Shown here: in pieces, positions 24,370 through 35,404 of the stretch
Position numbering within the stretch: the stretch's first letter is position 1
Layout of the letters: every line of letters begins with the position of its first letter
Assembly: GCF_006345805.1 (NCBI RefSeq)
Contig: NW_021832316.1
Location: 1-42,493, forward strand
Direction of reading: 5' to 3'
From: Octopus sinensis
Taxonomy: Eukaryota
Length of the DNA stretch: 42,493 bases
Notes under the pieces: generated by a model
What the model saw: the letters and a program-made list of their open reading frames with translations, nothing else
Databases searched by the model: none
Told to the model about the DNA's origin: nothing
Position numbers and translations under genes: made by a program

Positions 24370-24965
24370 ACTAAACTAGGTTATATAATAAGCCTAGTAC
24401 ATATTATATCGGTCTCTTTTGCCGAACCGCTAAGTGTCGGGGACGTAAACACACCAGCATCGGTTGTCAAGCGATGTTGGGGGGTACAAACACAGACACA
24501 CAAACAAACACATATATACATACTAGCAGTATCGCCCAGCGTTGCTCGGGTTTGTAAGGGAAATAACTATATAAGCATTTTAAGAGAGTTACTTCCCTTA
24601 TATAATAGCCAAAAAATGCATTAAAAATGGGTAAAAATGATGGTAAATTTTTTTTTAAATCGTAGACTCATCGTAGTTAATACCCAAAAGGGCTCGATAT
24701 AAATCATGACTATAAGATACCCACTTTTGGTTAAACTGCACCGCAAAATGTGGGAGTAGTTAGGAATCTAAATCGTAGGAGACAGACACACAACTTCACT
24801 TTTATATATAAAGATATATATACATATATACGATGGGCTTCTTTCAGTTTCCGTCTACCAAATCCACTCACAAGGCCTTGGTCGGCCCGAGGCTATAGCA
24901 GAAGACACTTGCCCAAGGTGCCACACAGTGGGACTGAACCCGGAACCACGTGGTTCGTAAGCAAT
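24370..24965 (-). mobile_element. SINE family A interrupted by a Helitron-like insertion
   Basis: 3' part ~24370-24520 and 5' part ~24816-24965; the insertion sits in the internal microsatellite. Confidence 0.75.
24522..24815 (+). mobile_element. Non-autonomous Helitron/Helentron-like element (second variant)
   Basis: actagcagtatcgcccagcgttgctcggg start and gacagacac...tttatatataaagat end. The interior differs from 20204-20586. Confidence 0.55.
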
Positions 24966-24989
24966 GTTATTATTATTATTATTATTGTT

Positions 24990-25210
24990 GTAGAATTGTT
25001 AGCATACTGGGCAAAATGTTTAGGAGTATTTCGTCTGTCCTTACATTCAGAGTTCAAATTCCACAGAGGTCAACTTTACCTTTCATCCTTTCAGGGTTGA
25101 TGAAACAACCACCAGTTATGCACTGGGATTGATGTAATTGACTAGGGCTCCACCTCGCTAAATTTTAGGCCTTGAGCCTTTATTAGAAAGGAATATTCTA
25201 ATATTCTATT

Positions 25211-25253
<43 letters not shown>

Positions 25254-25472
25254 TTACTAAGGTGGTGAGCTGGCAGAATCATTAGCATGCCAGGCAAAAT
25301 GCTTAGCAGTATTTTGCCCATCCTTACATTCAGAGTTCAAATTCCACCAAGGTCAATTTTGCTTTTAATCCTTTTGGGGTCAATGAAATAAGTACCAGTT
25401 ACATACTGGGGTCAACATAAATGACTGGTACCCTCCCTTAAAATGTGAGGCCTTGTGCCTGTAGTAGAAAGG
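24990..25472 (+). mobile_element. Two adjacent SINE family B copies (~24990-25190 and ~25258-25472)
   Basis: Family B head and core in both, separated by (tta)n. Confidence 0.75.
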
Positions 25473-25529
25473 ACTTATCAAAGGGCCACATATTACTGAT
25501 CTGACCACCATACAGCAGGTACTGCCAAC

Positions 25530-25566
<37 letters not shown>

Positions 25567-25584
25567 AAAATATAAGCTACTCAC

Positions 25585-25658
25585 TATGGTGCTGGCATTG
25601 ATGTAGTCGGAACCTGAAGCATTCGTGGACTGGTTTAGCAGGACACGAGAATGGTTGT
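25585..25658 (-). CDS. PTPRN2: IA-2/phogrin-family receptor PTP, internal coding exon (74 nt, phase 1 to 0): (Y)NHSRVLLNQSTNASGSDYINASTI
   Basis: Acceptor ttcctctttaatttcAG and donor GTgagt. The translation matches PTP motifs Y-D-H-S-R-V-x-L and DYINAS. Length and phases match the equivalent vertebrate PTPRN/PTPRN2 exon as I recall it. The symbol is the closest vertebrate paralog; invertebrates typically have a single IA-2 gene. Confidence 0.93.
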
Positions 25659-25712
25659 CTGAAATTAAAGAGGAAAAAGTCAAAAATCTATCTATTTATT
25701 TATATTATATTT

Positions 25713-25985
25713 ATAAGCAACAAGGATATCCAGAAATAATGCAGTACGATCGTTTCATGCAACTCCATTTAATTGAACAATTCAAACATTACATCACTTT
25801 TAAAATGTAGAGCAATCTTCAGTTGCACAAAGACATAGAATTTAGTTAAATTTGAAGGACTCATTTATATAATTTTATCCAAAATCACCAAGAGAATAAG
25901 GAGATAGACAATTCGCACTGTTCAATTAAATGGAGTTGCATGAAACAATTTTACTGCATTACCTCTGGATATCCTTGTTGCTTAT
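25713..25985. repeat. Inverted repeat, ~67-bp arms (25713-25779 / 25919-25985)
   Basis: ataagcaacaaggatatccaga...atgcaactccatttaattgaaca versus tgttcaattaaatggagttgcat...tctggatatccttgttgcttat. Confidence 0.9.
25740..25827 (-). ncRNA. Type-I hammerhead-ribozyme-like motif (degenerate)
   Basis: Minus strand: tgcaa CTGAAGA ttgctctacattt...aaatggagttgcat GAAA CGATCG TA ctgca. Core nucleotides are intact and helix III is the palindrome ACGATCGT. There are mismatches at 1.1-2.1 and 10.1-11.1. Confidence 0.6.
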
Positions 25986-26094
25986 TTTGATTATAATCAA
26001 TTTAATTTAAATTATATGGATAATACCATACTAAATTCTGGTGCTTCAACTTAAGCACCATATAGTCATCTGAACCTAAATATTTATTTATAAC

Positions 26095-26149
<55 letters not shown>

Positions 26150-27250
26150 ATATAAATACTTGGAAGAAGAAGAAACGACGTGTGCATTGCGGGAATGTTC
26201 CTTGTGCTGTTTGTCTTGTATTCTGTTTTAAGTTGTAAAAAAAAGTCCATTTCCTTGTTTGGTCTTATGTTTTCGTTTCTCATTGTGTTCTATGTTTATT
26301 TGTGGTGTCCTGTACTCATATATGCATGTATATATACATATAGATGGAGGTATGTACATATATGTATGGATGTATGCATATGTTTTATTTATTAAATTGT
26401 TATTATATATATATATATACCGGAGTAAACACACATATATGCGTATATGTATGTGTGTGTATATATATATATATATATATACACATACACACAAGATCAA
26501 ACATCTACATACACACATGAATACATATATACATACATATAAGCATATATATATATATATACATACGCATACAAACATAGATATATGTATAGATGTATGT
26601 GTGTGCATACATAAATGTACATAGCTATATATATCTATACACAAACACACACACACACATACTCACATCATATAAATATATATATATATGTACATACATA
26701 TACACACATGATTATATACAAAAGCAGGTTTCAGCTCAGTTACACGACACAATCATCACCATTATCATCATCATCATCGTTATTCCATTCATTAATCTTC
26801 CTAAATTCCTCTCAACATCATCACTGCTACCACCACCAACCACCACCATGACCACCCCTACCAACAACAACCACATCCTCAGCTTCTGTCCTTCTGGCCC
26901 CTTTCTTCGCTATACACGCCCCTGTCATTAAATATCCACGTGCGTGTATATATATACACACGAGTGGATGCGCACACACACATACACACATACACATACA
27001 TGCAACACAAGCACACAAACACATTTACATACATCTAAACATAGAAACTCACAAGTACACACACATACTTTGAAACAAAGACAAACCCACACACACACAC
27101 ACAAGCATATAGACACACAACTTGAACATATGCACAAAAATACAAACCAGACACACACAAACATACATACTCACATACAGACACTCCATACGAACACAAT
27201 TCTAAACAAACACACACACTTTGAAACAGAGACACACACACACAATTACT

Positions 27251-27282
<32 letters not shown>

Positions 27283-27721
27283 ATTACTCATACATACATA
27301 CACACACACAAACACACAATTACTCATACATACATACACACACACTCACACACACAAACAATTACTCATACATACATACATACACACACAATTACTCATA
27401 CATACATACATACACACGCACACACACCAAAGCAAACACCTCTCATTCCTTCTACTGTAATACACCATACAAAAGTACATACAGGTTTAAGACAATCTAT
27501 GTATGTGTGAGTGCGTGTGTGTCTCTGTGTGCGTGTGTGTGTGTGTATGTGCGCACGTAAGCGATCAACTTGTTGGCAAGGTGAGGGATTCTGTTGCTAT
27601 GTATTTTAAGAACGGACGACGGCAGCAGCGGAAAACTGGCCATCCGTCTTGTGGAAGTGTCTCTACTGACTTCCTACATCTGCAGCGTCAAGGGAGGAAA
27701 ATTGATATACATACATTATAT

Positions 27722-27754
<33 letters not shown>

Positions 27755-27945
27755 CCGGAGTAAACACATAAATGTGAAACAAGGTAGAAAAAGAGTACTC
27801 AAATACCAGGGGTAGAGTAATATGCTTTTTTAAAAGCCGCAGAATTCAACAAAAGCTGTTACTCGGAGTTTCACGTTCCCTGACGAACAGGAACTTGAAA
27901 CTCAGAGTAACAGGTTTTGTTGAATTTCTGCTGCTTTTAAATAAA

Positions 27946-27950
<5 letters not shown>
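27755..27950 (+). mobile_element. Hairpin-bearing repeat (Penelope-like terminal-repeat type); a second copy lies inverted at 41308-41502
   Basis: ccggagtaaacacat...ggtagagtaatatgct followed by a ~55-bp-arm hairpin containing CTGACGA...GAAACTCAGAGTA. The Penelope assignment is inferred from the hammerhead-like motif; no GIY-YIG or RT was seen. Confidence 0.55.
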
Positions 27951-28007
<57 letters not shown>

Positions 28008-28060
28008 AAGTATTTGTAAATATACAGATATATGTGCGTATGTGAATGTATGTATATATA

Positions 28061-28102
<42 letters not shown>

Positions 28103-28325
28103 TTATAATATTATATATATAAAGAGAGAGATATGTGGGTGTTAAATAAATATATATGTATGCGTAGATATAGACATATAACCAGACCAAGTGGTGTATA
28201 ACCAGATGGATAGATATGCCAAGAGATAGACAGAGAATGCACACATAAATTGATATATTGATGTGTGCGTGTATGTGTGTGTATATATAAATATATGTAT
28301 GAATGTATGTATAATACATAGGCAT

Positions 28326-28686
28326 ACTCTTTTACTTGTTTCAGTCATTTGACTGTGGCCATGCTGGTGCACTGCCTTTAGTCAAGTATATCGACCCCAG
28401 GACTTATTCTTTGTAAGCCTAGTACTTATTCTATCAGTCCCTTTTGCTGAACCACTAAGTTATGGTGACATAAACACACCAGCATTGGTTGTCAACCGAT
28501 GTTGGGAGGGACAAACACAGACACACACAAACACACACACATACATATATATACATACATATATACGACGAGCTTCTTTCAGTTTCCGTCTACTAAATCC
28601 ACTCACAAGGCTTTGGTCGACCCAAGGTTATAATAGAAGACACTTGCCCAAGGTGCCACATAGTGGGACTGAACCCGGAACCATGA
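28326..28686 (-). mobile_element. SINE family A (head incomplete)
   Basis: Family A tail, core and part of the head. Confidence 0.8.
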
Positions 28687-28961
28687 ATATATGTATATAT
28701 ACATACACGCACATATATATACACACACGCACCGATATATAGATCAGCATCATCATCATTTAACGTCTGTTTGCCATGCTGGCATGGGTTGGATGGGTTG
28801 GATGCTGGCATGGGTTGGATGGGTTGGATGCTGGCATGGGTTGGAGCCAGTCCATATATATATATATATATATATACACTCACACACACACATATATATA
28901 TACACACATACACACACACACACATGTATATATATATATATACATAAACACACACACACAA

Positions 28962-29013
<52 letters not shown>

Positions 29014-29098
29014 TCACACACACATACAAAATGTACTAATATATTGTTCCATGATAGAAAATTCAGCAAAAAAAGTCATCCATCTGATGAGAGGTAAA

Positions 29099-29513
29099 TA
29101 TTATTTATTCAAAGGACACATTGCATGTATTTAATTGCTAATAAAAGTTTCATATGTTGAGACATACTCAAACATATTCTTCAGACACAATCCATATAAA
29201 TATATTTTGAAGAATTGGAAAATTCCGTCTTTTCCTGACTGACTTGTTGATATCTTTCCAACTTTATCATTTAAGGTCTAAAGAGTACAGCTCTTTTACC
29301 TTTTCTACTTTCAACACTTTAGTTTTTGTGTTTTCATTTTCCGTTTTTCATTTTTTGGTAGTTTTTTTTGTGTTTCTTCTTTTATTCCATTTTTTTAGTT
29401 CATTATCATATATGGTTTGTGCCTGAAGAATATGTTTGAGTAATTCTCAACATATGAAACTATTAGCAGCACTTAGGTTATGTATTGTGTTCTTCAAAAA
29501 AATAAATAATATA
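29099..29513. repeat. Inverted repeat, ~105-bp arms (29099-29203 / 29408-29513) around a T-rich spacer
   Basis: gtttcatatgttgagacatactcaaacatattcttcagacacaatccatata versus tatatggtttgtgcctgaagaatatgtttgagtaattctcaacatatgaaac. Confidence 0.85.
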
Positions 29514-29550
29514 TATATATAAATTACATGTGTCTCTATATATATATATA

Positions 29551-29856
29551 TCACCGTGATCACCGTGACCGACAAGGCTGTCAGATGTTGCTACACATCG
29601 CTGGTCACAATGCGTTCACATTGTTTTAGCCTTCGAATGATGCCACTCTGCTGGCTAAGCGAGCAGGCCAACAGAAGAAAGAGTGGGAGAAAGTGTGGTG
29701 AAAGAGTACAGCAGGGATCACCACCCCCTGCCAGAGCCTCGTGGAGCTTTTTAGGTGTTTTCGCTCAATAAACACTCACAACGCCCGGTTTGGGAATCAA
29801 AACCGCGATCCTACGACCGCAAGTCCGCTGCCCTAATCACTGGGCCATTGCGCCTC

Positions 29857-29859
<3 letters not shown>
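29551..29859 (-). mobile_element. tRNA-derived SINE (family D)
   Basis: Head GGAGGCGCAATGGCCCAGTGATTAGGGCAGCGG...GGTTTTGATTCCC with A/B-box-like motifs; tail cacggtgatcacggtga. Confidence 0.75.
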
Positions 29860-29905
<46 letters not shown>

Positions 29906-30006
29906 GCATGCATACACACACACATACACACAGAGATATATGCATGCACACATACCCACAAACACACACAGAAATATATGCCTGCACACTGACACCACCA
30001 CCCCAC

Positions 30007-30045
<39 letters not shown>

Positions 30046-30299
30046 AACAGATACATTACATTAACACACACATTGACAGATTCCTGAAAGATCAGACATT
30101 GTTTGCAACTCTATGAATGACATTTGAAAGATCACAAACAATTTTACAAGTGCGTGTGAAACTTTAAGTAATGCACTGTTGAGTAAGGAATATTTTTTTA
30201 AACTACATTGCATATACTAATAAACAGACACACATGTACATGATACACATGTATATACACACATCAATACACAATATTGACAATATAGAACATTGTATA

Positions 30300-30790
30300 T
30301 CATCATCATCATCGTTTAACATCCGTTTTCCATGCTAGCATTGGTTGGACGGTTTGACTGGGGTCTGGGAAGCCAGGGGGCTGCACCAGGCTCCAGTCTG
30401 ACTTGGCAGTGTTTCTACAGCTGGATGCCCCTCCTAATGCCAACCACTGGCACTGGTATCACAACTACAAGCAGAGTTTTGTGTCCCAAGAAGGAAAGGT
30501 ATGCATAAGTGGACTGGCTACATCCCAGGTAGAGGCCACGGGTTATGGTCTCACTCGTCCTGCCGGGTCTTCTCACGCACAGCATACTTCCAAAGGTCTC
30601 GGTCACTAGTCATTGCTTCGGTGCGACCCAATGTTCGAAGGTCATGCTTCACCACCTCGTCCCAGGTTTTCCTGGGTCTACCTCTTCCACAGGTTCCCAA
30701 TACACACACACACATATATCATCTTCATCAACGTCATCATCATCATTTGATATCCGTTTTCCATGCTGGCATGGGTTGGACTGTTTTGCA
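30300..30790 (-). mobile_element. RTE 3'-end / family C fragments
   Basis: Reverse complement of RTE C-terminal sequence (ggtagacccaggaaaacctgggacgaggtggtgaagcatgacc, cf. 8910-8955) plus (gat)n tails. Confidence 0.75.
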
Positions 30791-31014
30791 GAAGACGCTA
30801 TGTTATAGGCCATAAACATAGAATACTATTTCTCAAGTATTGTTAATGTAAACAAAGGCATAAATGCAGATACACACACTAATGACATCACACTGTGTAA
30901 CAGCACACAGCACCAAACTGTGTCCAAACTATAACATGTATTTGTGTCTATATATGTATATATGCTATATGTCTACAGATATGTATATGTGTGCATGTGT
31001 GTGTATGTAAGTAT

Positions 31015-31449
31015 ATACTCTTTACTCCTTACTCTTTTACTTGTTTCAGTCATTTGACTGCGGCCATGCTGGAGCACCACCTTTAATCGAGCAACTCGAC
31101 CCCGGGACTTATACTTTGTAAGCTCAGTACTTATCCTATCGGTCTCTTTTGCCGAACCGCTAAATGACGGGGACATAAATACACCAGCATCGGTTGTCAA
31201 GCAATGCTAGGGGGACAAACACAGACACACAAACACACACACACAAACACACACATATATATATATATACATATATACGACGGGCTTCTTTCAGTTTTCG
31301 TCTACCAAATCCACTCACAAGGCTTTGGTCGGCCCGAGGCTATAGTAGAAGACACTTGCCCAAGGTGCCACGCAGTGGGACTGAACCTGGAACCCGGAAC
31401 CATGTGGTTGGTAAGCAAGCTACTTACCACACAGCCACTCCTGCGCCTA
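31015..31449 (-). mobile_element. SINE family A, full length
   Basis: Complete tail, core and head; small internal duplication gaacctggaacccggaac. Confidence 0.85.
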
Positions 31450-31551
31450 CAACACATATTCTGTACTACACTTGATCAAACCGCACCTTATATCTATATC
31501 AATATCCCAGCCTCCTTATTTCTATGCTCTCCACACTATTCAACACCACTG

Positions 31552-31588
<37 letters not shown>

Positions 31589-31730
31589 CACTGCTGCTAC
31601 CAAAACAGACCCCAGTAAAATATAACAGCTGCTGTATAAGGTGATCTTTTCTGTGACAGTTAAAGAGTGAAAGGGGCAGGAAGAAGGAGGGAGGGATGGA
31701 GGGAGAGAGGGGGAAAGAGAAAGAGGGACA

Positions 31731-31799
31731 CTAGATAGATATATAGACAGATAGATAGATAGATATGTAGATAGATAGATAGATAGATAGATAGGTAGG

Positions 31800-31834
<35 letters not shown>

Positions 31835-31869
31835 TAGGTAGATAGATAGATAGATAGATAGATATATAT

Positions 31870-31901
<32 letters not shown>

Positions 31902-32012
31902 TATATAGATAGATAATAGATAGATAGATGATAGATATGATAGACAGATAGATAGATAGATAGATAGGTAGGTAGATAGATAGATAGATAGATATGTAGA
32001 TAGATAGATATG

Positions 32013-32063
<51 letters not shown>

Positions 32064-32068
32064 GTAGG

Positions 32069-32103
<35 letters not shown>

Positions 32104-32470
32104 GTAGGTAGATATGTAGATAGATAGATAGGTAGATATAGATATATAGATAGATATATAGATAGATAGATAGATAGGTAGATAGATATATATATATATA
32201 CATATAGATAGATATAGATAGGTAGGTAGATATGTAGGTAGATAAATAGATAGGTAGATATAGATATATATATAGATAGATAGGTAAATAGACATAGATA
32301 TATAGATAGATATAGACAGACAGGTAGATAGATATAGATAGATAGATAGGTAGATAGATAGATAGATGGACAGGTTGACAGACATATACACAGATAGATA
32401 CATAGACAGACAGGTAGATAGATACACAGACAGACAGATAGATAGATAGATAAAGATAGAGACAGACAGA
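31731..32470. repeat. (GATA)n/(GACA)n microsatellite field
   Basis: Directly visible. It generates the 255-345 aa YLSI-rich spurious ORFs. Confidence 0.95.
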
Positions 32471-33291
32471 CTGACAGACAGTCACATAAATAGATAAAGA
32501 GATGGAGAGAGATGGAGAAAGAAACAGTAAGAGCATATGAAGGAGAGTGACAGAGGGATAGGAAAATAGAGAAAGAGAAAAACAGAGACAAACTTATGGA
32601 TGGATAGATAGAGAGAGAGAGAGAAAGAGAGAGAGTGTGTGTGTGTAAGAGAGAGATGAGTGGCATTTCAACTGAAAGAGAGAATAAGTGGAAAAAGCGA
32701 AAACACAGAGAAAATGGGAGAGGAAGGAGATACAGGGGAAAAAAGAGAGAGGAAGGGGCAGCAGGGATGGGGAGAGAAAGGTGTCCACTTCACAAAGAAA
32801 ATAACTAACTTTGGGCCTGATGTTGCTGTTGTTTTGCTTGAGGGAATCTGAAAGAAGAAGAACAACAACAACAGCAACACAGTATCAAGAAAGATTTCTT
32901 TTATTGCCGTGTGTGCACACACACACACACATACACACACACATGCACACGCGCACAAATACACACATTTATACATATACATACATACATACATACATAT
33001 GGTTTTGATATTTTGATAAGCAACCATGAGTGAAACTTCGGAGTCACTATCAACTAGAAATATACATGTACACATATATGTATGTATACACACATGTACA
33101 CATAAACTTATATATAAACAGACACACACACAGATATATATACATATATATACATATATACACATACATGTATGTATATACACATGTACACATAAACTTA
33201 TATATAAACACACACACACAGATATATATACATATATATATACACATACATGTATACATGTACACAAATATATACATATTCATATACACAG

Positions 33292-33322
<31 letters not shown>

Positions 33323-33462
33323 CACACTGGCACACACACATTCACATATATGTGGGTGTACATATATGCGTGTATGCATATGTACATATATACATACACA
33401 CATATGCATATATATATATATACACATTCATACACATGCACATAAACTGATTCATATATAAT

Positions 33463-33496
<34 letters not shown>

Positions 33497-33948
33497 TACA
33501 CACTCATACATATATATATATATACGTATATATTATATATATATATAATATATATATATACACACATCGATACATATACATATATATATATATTATATAT
33601 ATAATATAAATATATACACACACACACCACACACACACATACACACTCATATATATATTACGTATATATAATATATTATATATATAAAACACGAGATACT
33701 ATACATATATAATATATATAACATATATACACACATACACATGTTACTTTACATCTTGTACTCTCCCCTCACTCACACTCAAACAAGCCCTCCACAATCC
33801 ACACTCAATCTCCCGCCCTCAGCCTTTACCCCCTCCCCACACTCAGACTCTCCACTTCCACATGCTCCCCCCTCGCCAACCTCACACACACACATACACC
33901 TTACTCTCCTTTCCAAACTTCACAGCAACCAGATTGTCAAGGACGAGG

Positions 33949-33962
33949 GTTGCCATGGTAAC
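33949..33962. promoter_or_regulatory. RFX-binding X-box motif GTTGCCATGGTAAC
   Basis: Exact match to the consensus GTTRCCATGGYAAC in a non-repetitive intronic island. Function is untested. Confidence 0.45.
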
Positions 33963-34086
33963 AACATGCAAGGTCAGTACAAGACAATTCCATTCTCTTT
34001 TGTAGATTCTCACTAAACACAGCTTCCATCTCCTTCACAAAATCTTCTTCCTTTGCTCTCCCTCTTTCACTCCCTGCCTTCATCCT

Positions 34087-34126
<40 letters not shown>

Positions 34127-34299
34127 ACTCTTTCTATCTGCTTCTCTCTCTCTCTGCTATATACATTGTCTATCTGTCTTCTATATAGTTATTAGCATCA
34201 TCATTATTATTATCATTAATTCACATATGTTACAGAGTGACTCATGGGCTGAGAGTTTCATGCATTGGCACAATATATATATATACAGACAGACAGATG

Positions 34300-34456
34300 T
34301 AAATACTTATATATATATATATATATATATATATAGATAGATAGATACATGCAACATACATATAAATTTTTATGTATATACATACATATCTATGTGTACA
34401 TATATATCTGTATATATATACCACGTACATACATAAATATATATGTATGTATATAC

Positions 34457-34493
<37 letters not shown>

Positions 34494-34584
34494 CACACAC
34501 ATATATATATACGTAAATATACACATATATACACATATATACACATATATATACACATACATATATATACACATACATATATAC

Positions 34585-34615
<31 letters not shown>

Positions 34616-35317
34616 CATATATATACATATAAATATATATACATATATATACATATATATACACACATATATATATACATATATACACACATACATATAT
34701 ATACATATATATACATATATATACACACATATATATATATACATATATACACATATATATACACACATATATATATATACATATATACACATATATATAC
34801 ACACACATATATATATACATATATACACACATAAATATATTACATATATATATACATAATATATATACATATATATACACATATATACACACATATATAC
34901 ATATAAGTACACATATACATACAAATATATATACATATATACACATATACATACATATATATACATATATATACACATATACATACATATATATACATAT
35001 ATATACACATACATATATAGATATACATATATATATACATACATATATATACATATATATACACATATACATACATATATATACATATATATACACATAC
35101 ATATATATATATACATATATATATACATACATATATATATATATATATACACATATATATACATATATACACACATATATACACACATATACACACATAT
35201 ACACACATATATATATACATATATACACACATATATATATATATCTACATACAAATATATACATATATATACATATACACACACACACACATATATATTT
35301 ATATATATATATATATA
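34300..35317. repeat. (TA)n/(CATA)n/(TACA)n compound microsatellite
   Basis: Directly visible. Source of the 306 and 374 aa spurious ORFs. Confidence 0.95.
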
Positions 35318-35404
35318 AGGAGGGTTTACGAAAAAGCAAAAGACGAAGACAGGTGGTGTAAAACAAACAGATTTATTAGTATAACGCTCAGGAATAGAAA
35401 AATT

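Noticed and set aside
28765-28850. Triplicated tgctggcatgggttggatgggttgga motif
   Set aside because: Local slippage at the end of a family C tail fragment; no independent significance seen.
19630-29859. tRNA-like sequences at 19630-19696 and 29790-29859
   Set aside because: They are SINE heads with A/B boxes but no complete cloverleaf or acceptor stem; not called as tRNA genes.
31556-31586. (CAG)~10 tract, CUG in the pre-mRNA
   Set aside because: Short, intronic and unremarkable given the microsatellite density; no coding frame support.
32997-33055. Possible exon DSDSEVSLMVAYQNIKTI ending in T|gtatgt, which would supply the T of the Tyr codon
   Set aside because: The donor is part of a (TATG)n microsatellite, and the peptide lacks the expected KNR....LP motif.
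33937-34128. 63-aa ORF with plausible-looking composition (KEEDFVKEMEAVFSENLQKRMEL)
   Set aside because: It starts in a (GA)n repeat, has no recognisable homology and no splice support.
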